From Curvularia clavata (Eukaryota), in the NCBI GenBank assembly GCA_023920165.1, contig CP089275.1, positions 1,984,001 to 2,048,000 of the forward strand: a DNA stretch of 64,000 nucleotides. Direction: 5' to 3'. The position numbers were made by a program, and so were the translations under genes. The notes under the pieces are model-generated. The model was not told the origin of the DNA. It did not search any database and saw nothing but the letters and a program-made list of their open reading frames with translations. Below, one piece after another: positions 47,372-60,506 of this stretch; position 1 is the stretch's first letter; each line of letters opens with the position of its first letter.

Positions 47372-48936
47372 CTAGATCTGCGTAGTGTTAGCGTAGACCC
47401 TCGTGCCAACATGGATCAAACTACTCACCAATTTCAGGGCGCTTCTATGCACTCCCCGTGTAAAGTTGAGCATAGCTTTTGACTTGTTATTGCCTCTCTG
47501 CAGCCTCCTATAAGCCTCTTGTACATGACTTGGCTGTACTGGCTCTCTGGCTTCTTCGGGCGGATCAAACAGGCCCCTCTCTCTCTTCCGCTTGAGGCGG
47601 TTCTGCTCTCCGCCGTGGCTCTTTTTGTACAAGTCCTCTGCATCCTTGACCTTGAGCGCCTCCTCAGTGAGTGTCTGGACAATCTCAAAGGTAAGGAAAC
47701 CGAGGATATCGATGATATCGTCGGAAGGCTTGGAGTCTGTGATGAGGCCGAAACCAGCCCATTCCTTGAAGCGCTTGCCTTTGCGGTAGGTGAAGGACGC
47801 CTGGCGGCAGTCAGACCAGTGGACGTATTCCTCACGTGTCATGTTTTTCGTGCGCTCGTCTGCGTTTTTGAGGCGTTGGAGAGTGGCATAGTTCATTTCC
47901 TCTTCTTCCTCGTCCTCCACATCGTCTTTTTGGGGAGGGAACTCGGTGAAGAAGGATTGGACGTCCCAGACTAGGTCAACTTTGGCTCGCTTGGCTTTCT
48001 TTGAGGCATCGACGGGGGCGGCGCCAGGTCCGCCTGCGCCTACGACACCGGCTGCTATGTCTGCATCTCCGGCTCCTACGTCGGCGCCGGCGTCGCCACC
48101 TTTGTCGTCGGAGTCTTTGACGGAGCGGCGGACATCTTTCCATTGGAGGAAGTGGCGAAGACGGGAGATCTTAGCTCTATCATGGCGGATGAGCATGAAG
48201 AGGTCGTCGGTAGAGATAGACTTTGAGCCGCGGCGAGTTGCGAGGGCGGTGCATTCTCGTAACATGTGTTGTACTTGGTCTTGTACAATCGACTCGATTA
48301 AGGTAGTCGTTTCTGGGGATGGCTCGCCTGTCTCTCCGGAGACGAACATCATCTGTGGAACGGTCAGGTTGAGGATTACTTCAAGCGACGTAAGAATATA
48401 AGATGACGGGCTTGAAGAAGTCGGAGTGAAGCCATAGTATTGGCGTGTTACAAAGCAGGCGGGGATTTAGTTTTGAGTTGGGGAAGCAGGTAGGCGATAC
48501 CAGTGCCTTGCATGCTGTCGAATGGCTTTACTAGAAGCCCATATACAGATGTGCTAGGCGGACATGAGAGCGGAAGAATAATATGCCATGTGGATGCAGA
48601 TGAATGGAGGTGAGAATAAGGTAGCTTGTTGCTAGCGACCACATCTCTCTCCATGAGATATAAGGAACGAGTAGATTGGGTGAAGAAACGTTGGCAGAAG
48701 GGACAGCCGATATGCTGAAGATCCGTCTGCCTGTCGTGCTAGCAGGGAAAATCGTGGAAGACGTAAACAGAGTAGAGAACCATGCCATGTCCTCTGATAT
48801 ATAGTTCCTTCTCTTCTTTCATAACTCTCCATTGAACGAAAACAGTGAAGTAGACAGATGGCATGACTATAAAACGAGATGCACTAACCTGCTGGATCTC
48901 CGTCCGATACTTCGCCATCTTATCCTTGTCCGACAT
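47372..48936 (-). CDS. SPT3: SAGA subunit Spt3 (histone-fold, TAF13/TFIID-18kDa family), 3 exons
   Basis: [28 protein letters not shown]..., [50 protein letters not shown]; 536-nt first intron 48353-48888. Confidence 0.94.
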
Positions 48937-49249
48937 GATGCCCAAGTCTTTGCTTCGAAAGCTCTAAAAACCATAAAATACGTGTCGCAATATCGATACA
49001 GTTATTGAGTGCAGCAAGTAGGTTTTGGTTAGCGTTGTGTCTGTCGGTAGGCGTGAATGAAGGCCAGGTTGCCGACGCGGTCTGCGGTCTACTAGCGTGA
49101 TTCCAGAGGATGTTTGATGCGACAGCGCTAAGCCCAGACGGATTCAGCCCTATGAGCGAAATGGACCCCGCCAACTTTTTTGTGAATTTGGCGATATACC
49201 CCACCATCACGAATAATTAACCCGCCAAACGCGTCAATAATCGCCAAGC

Positions 49250-50219
49250 ATGCTGTACCTCGTGGGTCTCGGTCTGGCGGATGAGAAGGACATTACGGTC
49301 AAGGGTCTGGAGGTTGTGAAGAAGGCGGAGCGGGTCTACCTTGAGGCATACACGGCGGTGCTGCTGGTAGAGAAGGATGTGCTTGTGAGTGGAATATAGG
49401 GCTGGGATATCAGGTACTGTATATCTAATTGGCACGGCAGTAGGAGGCTTTCTATGGCCGCGAAGTCATAATTGCGGACCGTGAAATGGTCGAGTCTTCA
49501 AGCGACGACATTCTCAAAGACGCCGACAAAGTCGATGTCGCATTCCTCGTAGTAGGAGATCCATTTGGGTACAAATTACCCCCTTCAGCCATTGGAATCA
49601 TGTCTGACAGCACGATAGAGCAACCACGCACACCGATCTTGTCCTCCGTGCCCGCGAACTATCCATCCCGACACGGTCGATTCCTAACGCCAGTATCCTC
49701 ACCTCCATTGGCACCACCGGCCTGCAACTCTATAACTTTGGACAGACGGTTTCCATGGTCTTCTTCCTTGACAATTGGAAGCCAGCATCCTTCTATGACC
49801 GTATCAAAGAGAATGTCACTATTGGGCTACACACACTCGTGCTCCTAGATATCAAGGTCAAGGAACAAAGTTTGGAGAATATGGCAAGAGGACGCAAGAT
49901 CTACGAGCCACCCCGATACATGACAGTCGCTCAATGCGCTCAGCAAATGCTAGAGATCGAAGAGGATGTGAAGAGAGAGGGTGCGTACACAAGGGACAGC
50001 CTGGCTGTAGGTGTTGCAAGAGTCGGAGCAGAAGACCAGCAGATCGTTGCAGGTACATTGGCACAGCTTTGTGAGGCGGATCTGGGCAAGCCGCTGCATA
50101 GCCTGGTGCTGTTGGGCAAGCGAACACACGACCTCGAGAGAGATTTCCTCGAGGATTTCGCTGTAGACAAGGAGAAGTTCAAGGAGATTTGGAAGAGGGA
50201 CTATGAAGGGAAGGCATAA
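49250..50219 (+). CDS. DPH5: Diphthine methyl ester synthase, 3 exons
   Basis: [21 protein letters not shown]..., [57 protein letters not shown]; introns 49385-49443 and 49569-49618. Confidence 0.96.
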
Positions 50220-50575
50220 GAGCTACTAGCTGGTGTTGAATATGCACCATCGAGTGAATACACCAATATTTCGCTATATAGTACTGCTTTCAGGAAAATG
50301 AATCGTAAACAAGTAGACACCTACATCGATTCTTACAGCCTTGCAACCCTCTGTCTCGATAGCCTTTGCTATCATATAAATTCGACCCATACTTCTGTTC
50401 CTCCATCCCCTTGAACAGCTTTCGTTCTGTGGACTAGGTCCTTTACATACACTACTATCAAAGATACAGCTTCTTCTCAGCTACTGGAACATAATGCCTG
50501 TAGATCGAGGTGATGGTAGCGAGATATTTTGGCTAACCCTAGTAGGCATCGTGGTGGAGTGAAGGTAATATTCGC

Positions 50576-50583
50576 TGACGTCA
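50576..50583. promoter_or_regulatory. CRE palindrome TGACGTCA (ATF/CREB-type site) upstream of the GH15 gene
   Basis: Perfect 8-bp palindrome ~110 bp upstream of ATG 50691. Confidence 0.45.
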
Positions 50584-50690
50584 CACTTCATCACCATTGG
50601 TCGATCTCACAACAGTACCACGGCTGTATTACACTATCCCTCTACTAACACCCCTCCATTCCAAGAATCCGGCTGTTCCGGTCAAGCGGC

Positions 50691-52996
50691 ATGTCAAGGT
50701 CTAGCATCGACAAAACAGACCCCAGTTCGCCTGGTGGTAAGCTCCTCCAGGATATCATCAATACACATACGTCCCGCACGCCTTTATCTCTGGATAGATA
50801 TAGCGGTACCGAGCTTTACCGAGAACACAGCAACAAAGAAGAAAAGATGCAAGATCCCGAGAGCTATAGACCAGGCCTGCGCGGGTCAAGCTCGAGACGC
50901 ACAGCAAATGGGTACATGCCCATTGAAGATTATGGGTTGATTGGAAACATGCGGACTTGTGCGATGGTGGCTATTGATGGTGGAATCGACTACATGTGCT
51001 GGCCACACTTCGACTCGCCGTCTGTCTTTTGTCGGATCCTTGACAAAGAGAAAGGCGGCCATTTCACCATAGGGCCGACGAGCGACGACTTTTGTACTAC
51101 GAAGCAACAATATCTCCCCGCGAGCAACATTCTCCAGACGCGCTACTTGAAGGAGGAGGGCGTTATGAATGTTGTGGATTTCTTCCCAAGGCCAAATGAC
51201 AAAAACTGGGATGCTCGATTCCACGCCAATGTCATCGACAGTGAGCACACTGGAAATGTGCCTGAGCGTCCGGACCTGAAGAAGTGGCTCGTAAGGCGCG
51301 TAGAATGCATGCGGGGTTCTGTCGAGGTGAGCGTCCAGGTATTTCCTGCATTCAACTATGCCCAAGACAAGCATACCACCGAGATCGCCGACCTAGGCAA
51401 GACTTCGCAAAAACATGGTCCACAGCGCGTGACCTTCAAGTCCAAAGATTTGTCCCTGGAATTGAACGTAACCATCGACTGTGGTGAGGAGCCAGAGATA
51501 TCATGTCCATGGGTGGTCTTTGAGAAAATACCGGAGCCTCAGAACTTGGGCGATGGTGTCACGGCTACTTTCACTTTGACCGAGGGACAGGCTGTATCCT
51601 TCATTTTGCGTGATGCAGACGACCATGCACCAGACTTCATTGAAACCAATCAAGTTGTCGAGTTGCAGCAAAGCACTCACAAATACTGGGCTAGATGGAT
51701 CCAGCAAAGCAAGTATGCGGGCCGATGGGAAGAGGTCGTCACAAGGAGCTTGCTTCTCCTGAAAATGTTGACTTTTGAGCCGAGCGGCGCAATCGTTGCT
51801 GCACCGACGTTTTCTCTTCCTGAAGACTTTGGAGGTATGTTATTTCCAGGAAAGTGAAGTATGTACTGACCGAGTGTAGGCTCACGCAACTGGGACTATC
51901 GCTACTCATGGGTCCGAGATGCCTCTTTCACGATATACATATTCCTTCGTATGGGGTTCAGCAACGAAGCTGAAGCATATGTCAGCTATATCTTCCAGCG
52001 AGTCAAGGAGGCGAAAGCACGGCATGGAGCCCTTCCAATCATGTTTAGTATTCATGGGGCGAGCGACTTGCCGGAGCTTGAGCTTCCGCACTTGGAAGGT
52101 TATAGAGCGAGCCAGCCTGTCCGCATTGGAAACGGTGCAGCCTCACACATACAGCTCGACATCTATGGGGAATTGATGGATGGCATCTATCTTGTGAACA
52201 GGTTTGGGCGCCCAATTTCATACGATCAGTGGCTATCGGTGCGGGAGATTGCAGACTATGTCTGCACCATCTGGAAAGAGCCGGACATGTCCATCTGGGA
52301 AGTTCGTGGCATGAAGCAAAACTTTGTCTATAGCAAGATGATGCTTTGGGTCGCGCTTGACCGAGCATTGCGCCTTGCTGACAAGAGGAGTTTCCCATGC
52401 CCGCACCGAGCAGAGTGGTACCGAGTCCGCGACGAGATCTACGAGGAGATCATGGAGAAGGGCTACAACCCAAAGTTGGAGTGCTTTGTCCAGAGCTACG
52501 AGTCGTACGACATTCTGGACTCCGCCGTACTAATTGCGCCTCTAGTCTTTTTCATAGCGCCAACGGACCCTCGGTTCCTAAAGACGCTGGACCGTATACT
52601 CAAGCCCCCTGAGAAGGGCGGCTTGACTAGCACTGGCTTGGTTTTCAGGTACAACCACGCGCTTAGTGATGATGGCGTAGGGGGTCAGGAGGGGAGTTTC
52701 TCCATGTGTACTTTTTGGTTGGTTGAGGCACTCACGAGAGTAAGCACTTCAATCCCCTACCGCCGTTGTATATGTGTCTCTAACAATTACAGGCTGGTGC
52801 GTACGACGAAAGATATCTTTTGCGGGCTGTGGATATTTTTGAGAGCATGCTGAGTTTTGGAAATCATCTACACATCTTCTCCGAAGAGATTGCGCGCTCA
52901 GGGGAACAACTGGGCAACACTCCACAGGCGTTTAGCCATCTGGCATTGATTTCGGCGGCATTCAATTTGAATAAGACGTTGAGCAGCCGGCATTAA
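50691..52996 (+). CDS. Glycoside hydrolase family 15, intracellular trehalase/glucoamylase-like (bacterial-type architecture), 3 exons
   Basis: PIEDYGLIGNMRTCAMV..WPHFDSPSVF, GAIVAAPTFSLPE..G|SRNWDYRYSWVRD, QLDIYGE, PDMSIWEVRG, EGSFSMCTFW, GNTPQAFSH; no signal peptide evident. Confidence 0.9.
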
Positions 52997-53543
52997 TAGC
53001 ATGTGGTGTTGAGGATTGGCGGAAAGAATAGATAGAGTAAGGCTGGGAAGCAGTCAATGTGAAACAAAACGTGAGATGTTCTAGACGTCGACGCTAGCAT
53101 CAGCAACAGCCATGACAATGATCATCATTTAGTGCGTCATGGCATGCGGAGAGAGTGAGATTCATTGTCGCTAAACTAGGCCAGGCATTCCTGTCCGCCC
53201 TATGAGCGCGTGGCGCAAGCAGACTAGTAATTGCTCGCTCCCCTGAGGGTGACACGCACAGTGCGGCGGCGCATGGACTGGGCAATCTCTATCACCCCAT
53301 TGCCAAAAGCCTTGATAGCCTCGACCCTCCGGCACGTCGCTCCAACTCCTCGCCAACAGGCCATGATATAGCGCACACCTCATTTTCTTCATTTGTTCCC
53401 TACGACAGACACCTCCTCTTTCTCTTCCTCTTCCTATAGCCAATCCGCATCCGCACCATACCTAGACGTATATCACCGTCATCGCTCGTTCGTTCGCTCT
53501 ACCAACGCGTCGCATTCCGCGTGGCCAGCCCTCCTTCACCACC

Positions 53544-53861
53544 ATGTCACTCCCATGCGGCTCCTCAATCGCGCCGAGTCTTTCCACCATTGGCGAAAAT
53601 TGCGAGATGGCTGCACCACGCTCCCACGACCTACTGGTTCGTGACTTCGGCTGGCCCTCGGTTTCTCCACGCTACCACGGCGACCACACGCCTGAGAGCA
53701 ACCCTGACTGGGACCACAACCCGCTCGATTGCGAGAAGGCTAAGCAGGAGGCATTCGAGAAGATGGAAAGGAGCTACGCGTTGTACATGGCGAACATAGG
53801 GAAAAAGGTGCCTTCTAAGAAGAAGCCTTCTTGGTCGAGATTCTTACCTTGGGTGCGATAA
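53544..53861 (+). CDS. Small hypothetical protein, 105 aa
   Basis: ACCATG context after a CT-rich leader; coding-like composition; VRDFGWPSVSPRYHG motif. Confidence 0.55.
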   Translation: MSLPCGSSIAPSLSTIGENCEMAAPRSHDLLVRDFGWPSVSPRYHGDHTPESNPDWDHNPLDCEKAKQEAFEKMERSYALYMANIGKKVPSKKKPSWSRFLPWVR

Positions 53862-54544
53862 GAGGTGCGCCTATCCGCTACGACGTTAGGAGAGGAGAAC
53901 AGACGAGATGGATACCCGTTTGCGTAACTGTCGCAAACAAACTTCACAAGATACCCATTGTTACGTACGAAAGGAGAGTGTAAGACTGAACAGCCAGGTG
54001 GAGATGGAGACATAGGCGCGGTAAGGCAAGCCGCGCATTGCCCTCAGTGTGATCAAGGAAGGCGTGGGGCTGGAGCATCCTTCGGCGCATTTGGAAGTCG
54101 CATCTGATACCCTATTTTTTCTGTCATTTCCTATGTATTTTTGCAAAAGCGATGCGCCTCGTCTCGCTGTATTTTCGGCTTATTTTCATCTCCTTTGTAT
54201 ACCCCAATATAGATGTTTTTCTTTCTGTATTCATCTAATTCTAATGTGTTGCATGAACTATTCCCAGAATCGCTGTACCTCCTTGACTAGTATCGCGGGG
54301 TTCTTCTGGCCCTGCTCGGGAAATATCATCCAATCCACTGCCATGGAGCGGTAGACCATTCCCGGCAAGAACACAATATGATGGCTCCACTGCACGACGT
54401 GTCCAGTTTTCTCGGTGGATTCATATTACTCGTGTCTTCTGGATCCCTGCTGCCTGAGTAGTTTGCTTGTACATTTCTACTCTCTCGTCCTACCTGCCAT
54501 TCTCCTGTACACCCACTATCCCGTGTTTCAATCAGGTCTCCACC

Positions 54545-55758
54545 ATGGGCTCCATGCCAGAAAAGAAGACTATGCTGGCGCAGCAATACGATGCGTCAGA
54601 TAACAAGCTGCACCTCAACGAAGTGCCTATCCCACAGCCCCGCGAACATGAGCTCCTCGTCAAAATTCAGTGCGCATCCCTCTGTCACACTGATGTGATG
54701 CTTTTCGAGCCCAATGAACAAGGTCTTAAGCTCGGCAAGAGCCTTGTTACCATTGGCCATGAAGGCACTGGCAGAGTTGTTATGACTGGATCAGGAGAAG
54801 TAGCGAGGAAATTTAAAGAAAACGACCCAGTGGGCTTCATCTGCGCAGTCGACTGTTGTTTCGAGTGCCATTCCTGCAAGAACGTCCACAACTCCTGGTG
54901 TTCGACGGGCAAGACCAAGATGCAGGGATTTACTGCCGACGGCTATTTCGCGGAGTATGCTGTAGTAGATGCCCGGGAGGCGATAATACTGCCTGATAAC
55001 TGTTAGTCCATGTCCCCAACCAAAAGGAAAAATCAAATAGAGGGTGGAAAGGAGAAAGAAAAAGGCTGACTTGACTGTGACAGTGGATCCTAAAACATCA
55101 GCGCCTCTTTTCTGCGCCGGTGTAACCGCTTATCATGGAATCGCAGATTGCGAGTTGCCTGCCGGTTCCTGGATTGCAGTCATTGGCTGTGGTGGACTTG
55201 GCCATATGGGCATCCAGTATGCCAAAGCTATGGGCCATAAAGTTATCGGCGTCGATATTACAGATGCAGCTATAGAAGAAGCCAAGATCTGCGGTGCAGA
55301 CTACACATTCAACTCCATGACAGATCCAGATTACAAGAAGAAGATTGTTGAGCTCACAGGTGGAGGTGTCCATGCAGCAGTCAACTTCACGTCATCCAAA
55401 AAGTCATACGATGATTGCCCCGCGATAGTCAAGCCTGCTGAGGGTTTGATCATGGTGGTAGGAATCCCACAGAAGCCCCTGGAATTCAAGGGCCTAGACA
55501 TTGCACTGGGAAAGTATAGGATTAAGGGAGCGAGTAACGGAAGTAAGTCAAGTCGAAGTGCATGTTCTCTTTGAAAAGTACGACGGTGAAGCTGACAGAA
55601 ATCTAGCATGCTACAACATGGGGGAGGCCATTGAGTTTTCTGCGAAACACAACATCAAGCCACACATGACTGCATACAAACTGGAGGAGGTGCCCAAGAT
55701 GATTGAGTTGATGAACTCGCACCAGGCAAGGGGACGCATGGGTGTGGTCTTTGAATAA
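54545..55758 (+). CDS. Zinc-dependent alcohol dehydrogenase (MDR family), 3 exons
   Basis: LCHTD, GHEGTG, structural-Zn CFECHSC..WC, APLFCAGVT, GCGGLGHMGIQYAKAMG; two GT-AG introns (~55002-55083 and ~55542-55606). Confidence 0.92.
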
Positions 55759-56116
55759 TGGGAGAAGCCCGCAATTGCCAGAGGAAAAGGCTGTTGGAGT
55801 CTTCGTAAAATAATCCAAATAAATCTTGTTTCTTAACAAAATCGTACTGGCAACACCCTTTGTCTTTGTGCTCTGCTTGACTTAAGCTTTGCCAACCATG
55901 TGTCGCACGCAGGGTTACTATAGCAACACTAGACGTTCAGGGCAAGCGCGCTCTAGCGTGCATTTACACATGCGTGCCCCGCCGACCCTGAAACACATAC
56001 ACACTTCCAGCAACACAACGACACCAGGTAGGGGCCTTCGATTCTTCTGCCCGTAATTTTTTGATACCCAGCCTTTTCTCTTTTTCTTTGTGATACCCCA
56101 CCTCATAACCGGCACC

Positions 56117-59100
56117 ATGGGTTCCGACGACCTCATCGACTTCGAGGTTATTGAAAACCAGAAGGAAAACATCCAGTCACTCCCCAGCGGCCGCTCTGCC
56201 AAAGCCCTCGCCCAATTGTACACGCCGCCACTGACTTCCGCCGCTGGCCAAACACCGTCGCCCTCGCAAATGCAAGACGCAAATAGCGCGACTAGGCTGA
56301 AGTACGAAAAGGAGCTCATGGCCATTGACGACTCCGACGATCCCCTTGACGTTTACGACCGCTACGTCAAATGGACGCTCGATGCGTACCCCTCAGCTCA
56401 GAATACGCCTCAATCGCAGCTCTGTCCGCTGCTTGAGCGTGCGACCAAGGCCTTCCAGTCCTCGCCACAGTACAAGAACGATGCCCGCTATCTCAAGCTC
56501 TGGCTACACTACATCCATCTCTTCTCAGATGCGCCGCGCGAAACCTTTGCATACCTTGCCCGGCACCACATTGGCGAGGACCTTGCGCTATACTATGAAG
56601 AGTTTGCCGCTTGGCTCGAGTCTGCGGGCCGATTTGCGCAAGCGGAGGAAGTGTACAACATGGGTATTGATCGTGGGGCCCGCCCGACGGAGCGTTTGGT
56701 CCGCAAGTATGGCGAATTTCAGCACCGATGTGAGAGCCGGCCACAGCAAGTGGAGGAGCCTACGAGCCCTGCATTGCCCGCTGTCCGCCCAGCGCTAGCG
56801 ACGAAGATGGACCCATTTGCACTTGCATCACCAAGCGCCCCAGCACCACAAGCACAGGCTCAGCCCAAGCCTGCAGCAGGCACATCCAGATCTGGAAAAG
56901 CCAAGCTCGCCATTTTCTCGGACGGGGATGATGCAGCAAAGCCTGCTTCGACTGGCAGCACCGAAGGGTGGGACAGTATTGGATCGCTAGCGGATCGCAA
57001 GAAGGAAAACGCACAGGAGGCGCGGCCTTGGGCTGGTGAGACACTGAAAGTTGGAAAGAAGAACACGGGCGTTCCCAAGATGATGATTTTTAAGGATGAG
57101 GTGAGTTGAGCCGCCTCTGTCAGCCCCTTCACATATTTACGATCGCAGGACTAATTGGTGGGCGTTTGCCATTCATGTATTCAGAGCAAATCAAATATCA
57201 ATGACGAAAATGTCACCCCTCATCCGTTGCGTGAATACCAGCAAGCTGTCAACCCAAGGACAGGGCGACTCGAGGTTGTCTTTGTCGATCTAGAGAAGGT
57301 GTATCCTAACCATGAGGACCCAATGTCTGAAGAATACTCGTTTGAAGAATTGAGAGCTAAACACAGAGGATGGATGGATTACGACTGGGCTGCTATTCGA
57401 CGCGAAGAAGCCGAACAGGCAAAGAAGGAAGCTGAAGCAGCACTGGTCGCTGCACAACCCAAAGCCAAACCTGTGCCTTTAGCACCAAAGCAAGAACCTG
57501 AACAGTCTGCCAAGCCTCAAACAGTACCGCTGAAGGGAAGTATCGATGATGACATGGGCAACGACGAGAATGCACCACCCTCGCAGGCGGATGTGGACAA
57601 AGCGAAAGCAGCCAAGAAAGCTAGACGGGAAGAGCGTGCCAACAGGACTAGGAAAATCCAAGTCATGGAAACAAAGGAGATCCGCGGAGAGACGCAAACG
57701 AGTAAGTGGTGGTAAGTTACCTAGTCTATACTGCACTGACACCGGATAGTTCAAGCGAACCTAGACTCTCCAGCAAAGTCCAAGCCGCGACGGAAAAAAG
57801 CTGGTTCCGAGATGACCATGACCCTCCATACCAAGGAAGCCATGGACGAGATTTACGACATATTTAACGAGCCACTGAAGAACGCTGATGAGAATGTGGC
57901 CGAAGCCCAAAGTGGTGAGGAAAGTAGCGACGATGACGAAGACGACTATACAAGCGGAGCCGAGAGTGCAGGGACTGGCCGTATATCCTGTACTAACAGT
58001 GAATACGGCGACGAGACGACAGTTGGGGGAGACTTCACATTGGGCACTAGAGTACTGGATCCCGATAATGACGACGAGAGTGATGCAGACGATAGTGATG
58101 CAGGGAGTGTGTCTGAGTCGTCTGACTTTACTGAGATCAAACCGGGGCAGAAACCCGAAGAGAATGAGTCTGACGGCGAATCCGAGCATTCTGATCAATC
58201 CCAAGATGATTCATTTGATCAGGCATCGGATGCAGAAGAGCAGCCACAGGACGAGCAGGTTGTCACCCCGACGTCGCCTTCAGCACCTACATCCCTGCCT
58301 ACACGCTTTGTTCCTGTTCCACCTGAAGACTACAACCCGGCTATGCGGCCGTACAGAGACCCGGTTGTGGTTGCCAATAACCGATTGCCCTTTATGACAC
58401 CTATTGTCGAAAAGACTGAGTCGTCACTGGGAATTGCGACTGCTGTGGCACAGAAGGAGTACTATGCGACCAAAACGCCGTCAAGGTCGAAAGGTACGCC
58501 TGCCATCATGGAAGACGACGATGAGGAGGAAGATGAGACTTGCAGTAGCCCGTTCTCTGATATTTTCAGCCAAGTCATTGACGGGCCAGGCAAAGTTGCA
58601 AAGCTAGCTCTAACTGAGTCAAAACCAGTACCCAAAGAGCCTCTTGGCGAGCCCCAACGAAAACCGTTAGCCGCTAAGGAGCCTTCGAGTACGATGACCA
58701 AGCCCAGTGGCCCAATTATCAAGGATTCTCAGTGCAATCCAGTCGAGGCCAGTGTTCGCAACACCATTCTACAAGAGATTCAGCCTCCACTGGACAGCTA
58801 TGATGGTTATTGTGCAGACACCGAGGAAAGCTATGGAAAAGGCGCCGATATTCGCAAGTACACAAAATCAGTATCGAAATTGAACAAGGGTGCACACGAC
58901 AAGACAACGACCAGCCCGGGGCTGTGTCCTACCTTGCAATTTCCTGGCACCGATCGGACTTATGTTGTCAAACGTGAGCTTGGCAAAGGAGCGTTTGCTC
59001 CAGTGTATCTGGTAGAGAGCAAAGGGGTAGAAGATGATGAGGATCAAGAGAACAAGCCTTCACAGATGGGCAAAGGCGAGTATGGTCTGAAGCGTCAGTC

Positions 59101-59989
59101 TCTGGAGGCCATCAAAATGGAAGATCCACCAACACCGTGGGAGTTCTACATTATGCGGCAGGCCAAGCGCCGGCTGGGCGTATCGCGAGCAGCAGACTCG
59201 ATTGTTAACGCATACGAGATGCACGTCTTCAAGGATGAGTGCTATCTTGTTGAAGAGTATCGCGATCAAGGAACACTGCTGGACTTGGTCAACCATGCTC
59301 GCGCAGACAACGGTGCCATGGACGAGCAACTGGCCATGTTCTTTACTGTTGAATTGTTTCGCACAGTGGAAGCTCTTCACTCCAAGGGCGTGATACATGG
59401 CGATCTCAAGTCGGACAATGTTCTCGTCCGCTTCGATGCCCTGCAGAAAGACGAGCACTGGGACTCTGAGTACAAGCGCGATGGGCGTGACGGCTGGTCT
59501 GCCAAGGGCATTGCCCTGATTGACTTTGGCCGCGGCATCGACATGAAAGCTTTTAAGCCAGACGTGCAATTCATCGCGGACTGGCCCACCACTGAGGCTG
59601 ACTGCGCTGAGATGCGTGAACTGCGTCCTTGGACCTACCAAATCGATTACCATGGCCTTGCCGGCATTGTCCATAATCTTTTGTTTGGAAAGTATATCTC
59701 GACGGTTGCTGAGCGAAGTGCTACTCTTGGTGCGGGCGCGACCAAGACTTACAAGATCAAGGAGAACCTGAAGCGGTACTGGCAAACGGAGATCTGGCAC
59801 GAGTGTCTTGACTTGCTGCTGAACCCACTGATGCACCTGGAGGGCGAGGAGGGAGGGAGGCTGCCTGTGCTAAAAGGAATGAAGCAGGTGAGGGAGAAGA
59901 TGGAAGAGTATCTCGAGAACAATTGTGAGAAGGGCGTGGGGCTCAAGGTATTGGTTAGGCGGATGGAGGAAGCTGTGAAGCGGAGATGA
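56117..59989 (+). CDS. BUB1: Spindle checkpoint protein Bub1/Mad3 (unduplicated MadBub, SldA-like), 3 exons
   Basis: KEN box IENQKENIQ, TPR DDPLDVYDRYVKW, second KEN RKKEN, GLEBS EEYSFEELRA, kinase LGKGAFAPVY/IHGDLKSDN/LIDFGRGID; introns 57101-57184 and ~57702-57749. Confidence 0.95.
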
Positions 59990-60506
59990 AGGTTATGATT
60001 TCTACGTATGGATGACGTTGGGGATGATTTTGGAGTTTAGGATGCATCGGTTGGTGTTGGAGATTAGAACGGACGTGATACCTTTATGAGCAATGATTTA
60101 TGCGCTGTTTGGGACTGGCTACAGGAAACTTGCAATACTCTCAATTTTGGTACTTGGGGCGTTGTCTCGACATGATGTAAGTGCACCGCCACATGGTAAG
60201 GCGTTGCGTCCGTGCATTGCAGGTGGGTGCCTTGAGCTTGCGGGGAGCTTGTAGACCTCCGGTGTCTACGCTTGGTACTTTACAATTGTCCCGCTGCCGC
60301 TACCACTGCCTCTCTTAGCACGTATCCTACTTGCCTGGATCCAAGCCGGCAGCCGCAACTCTCTTGCTACAATAACAGGCAATATCCTGCACTCGAGTAG
60401 ATTCAAAGAGAAACAGAAGAAGAGAGCAACCATCCACCCCACATCATCGCCGCCCGCCGCCTCATCTGCTTGCTCGATCACAACACTAGTCGGCCCCAAC
60501 GCGACC

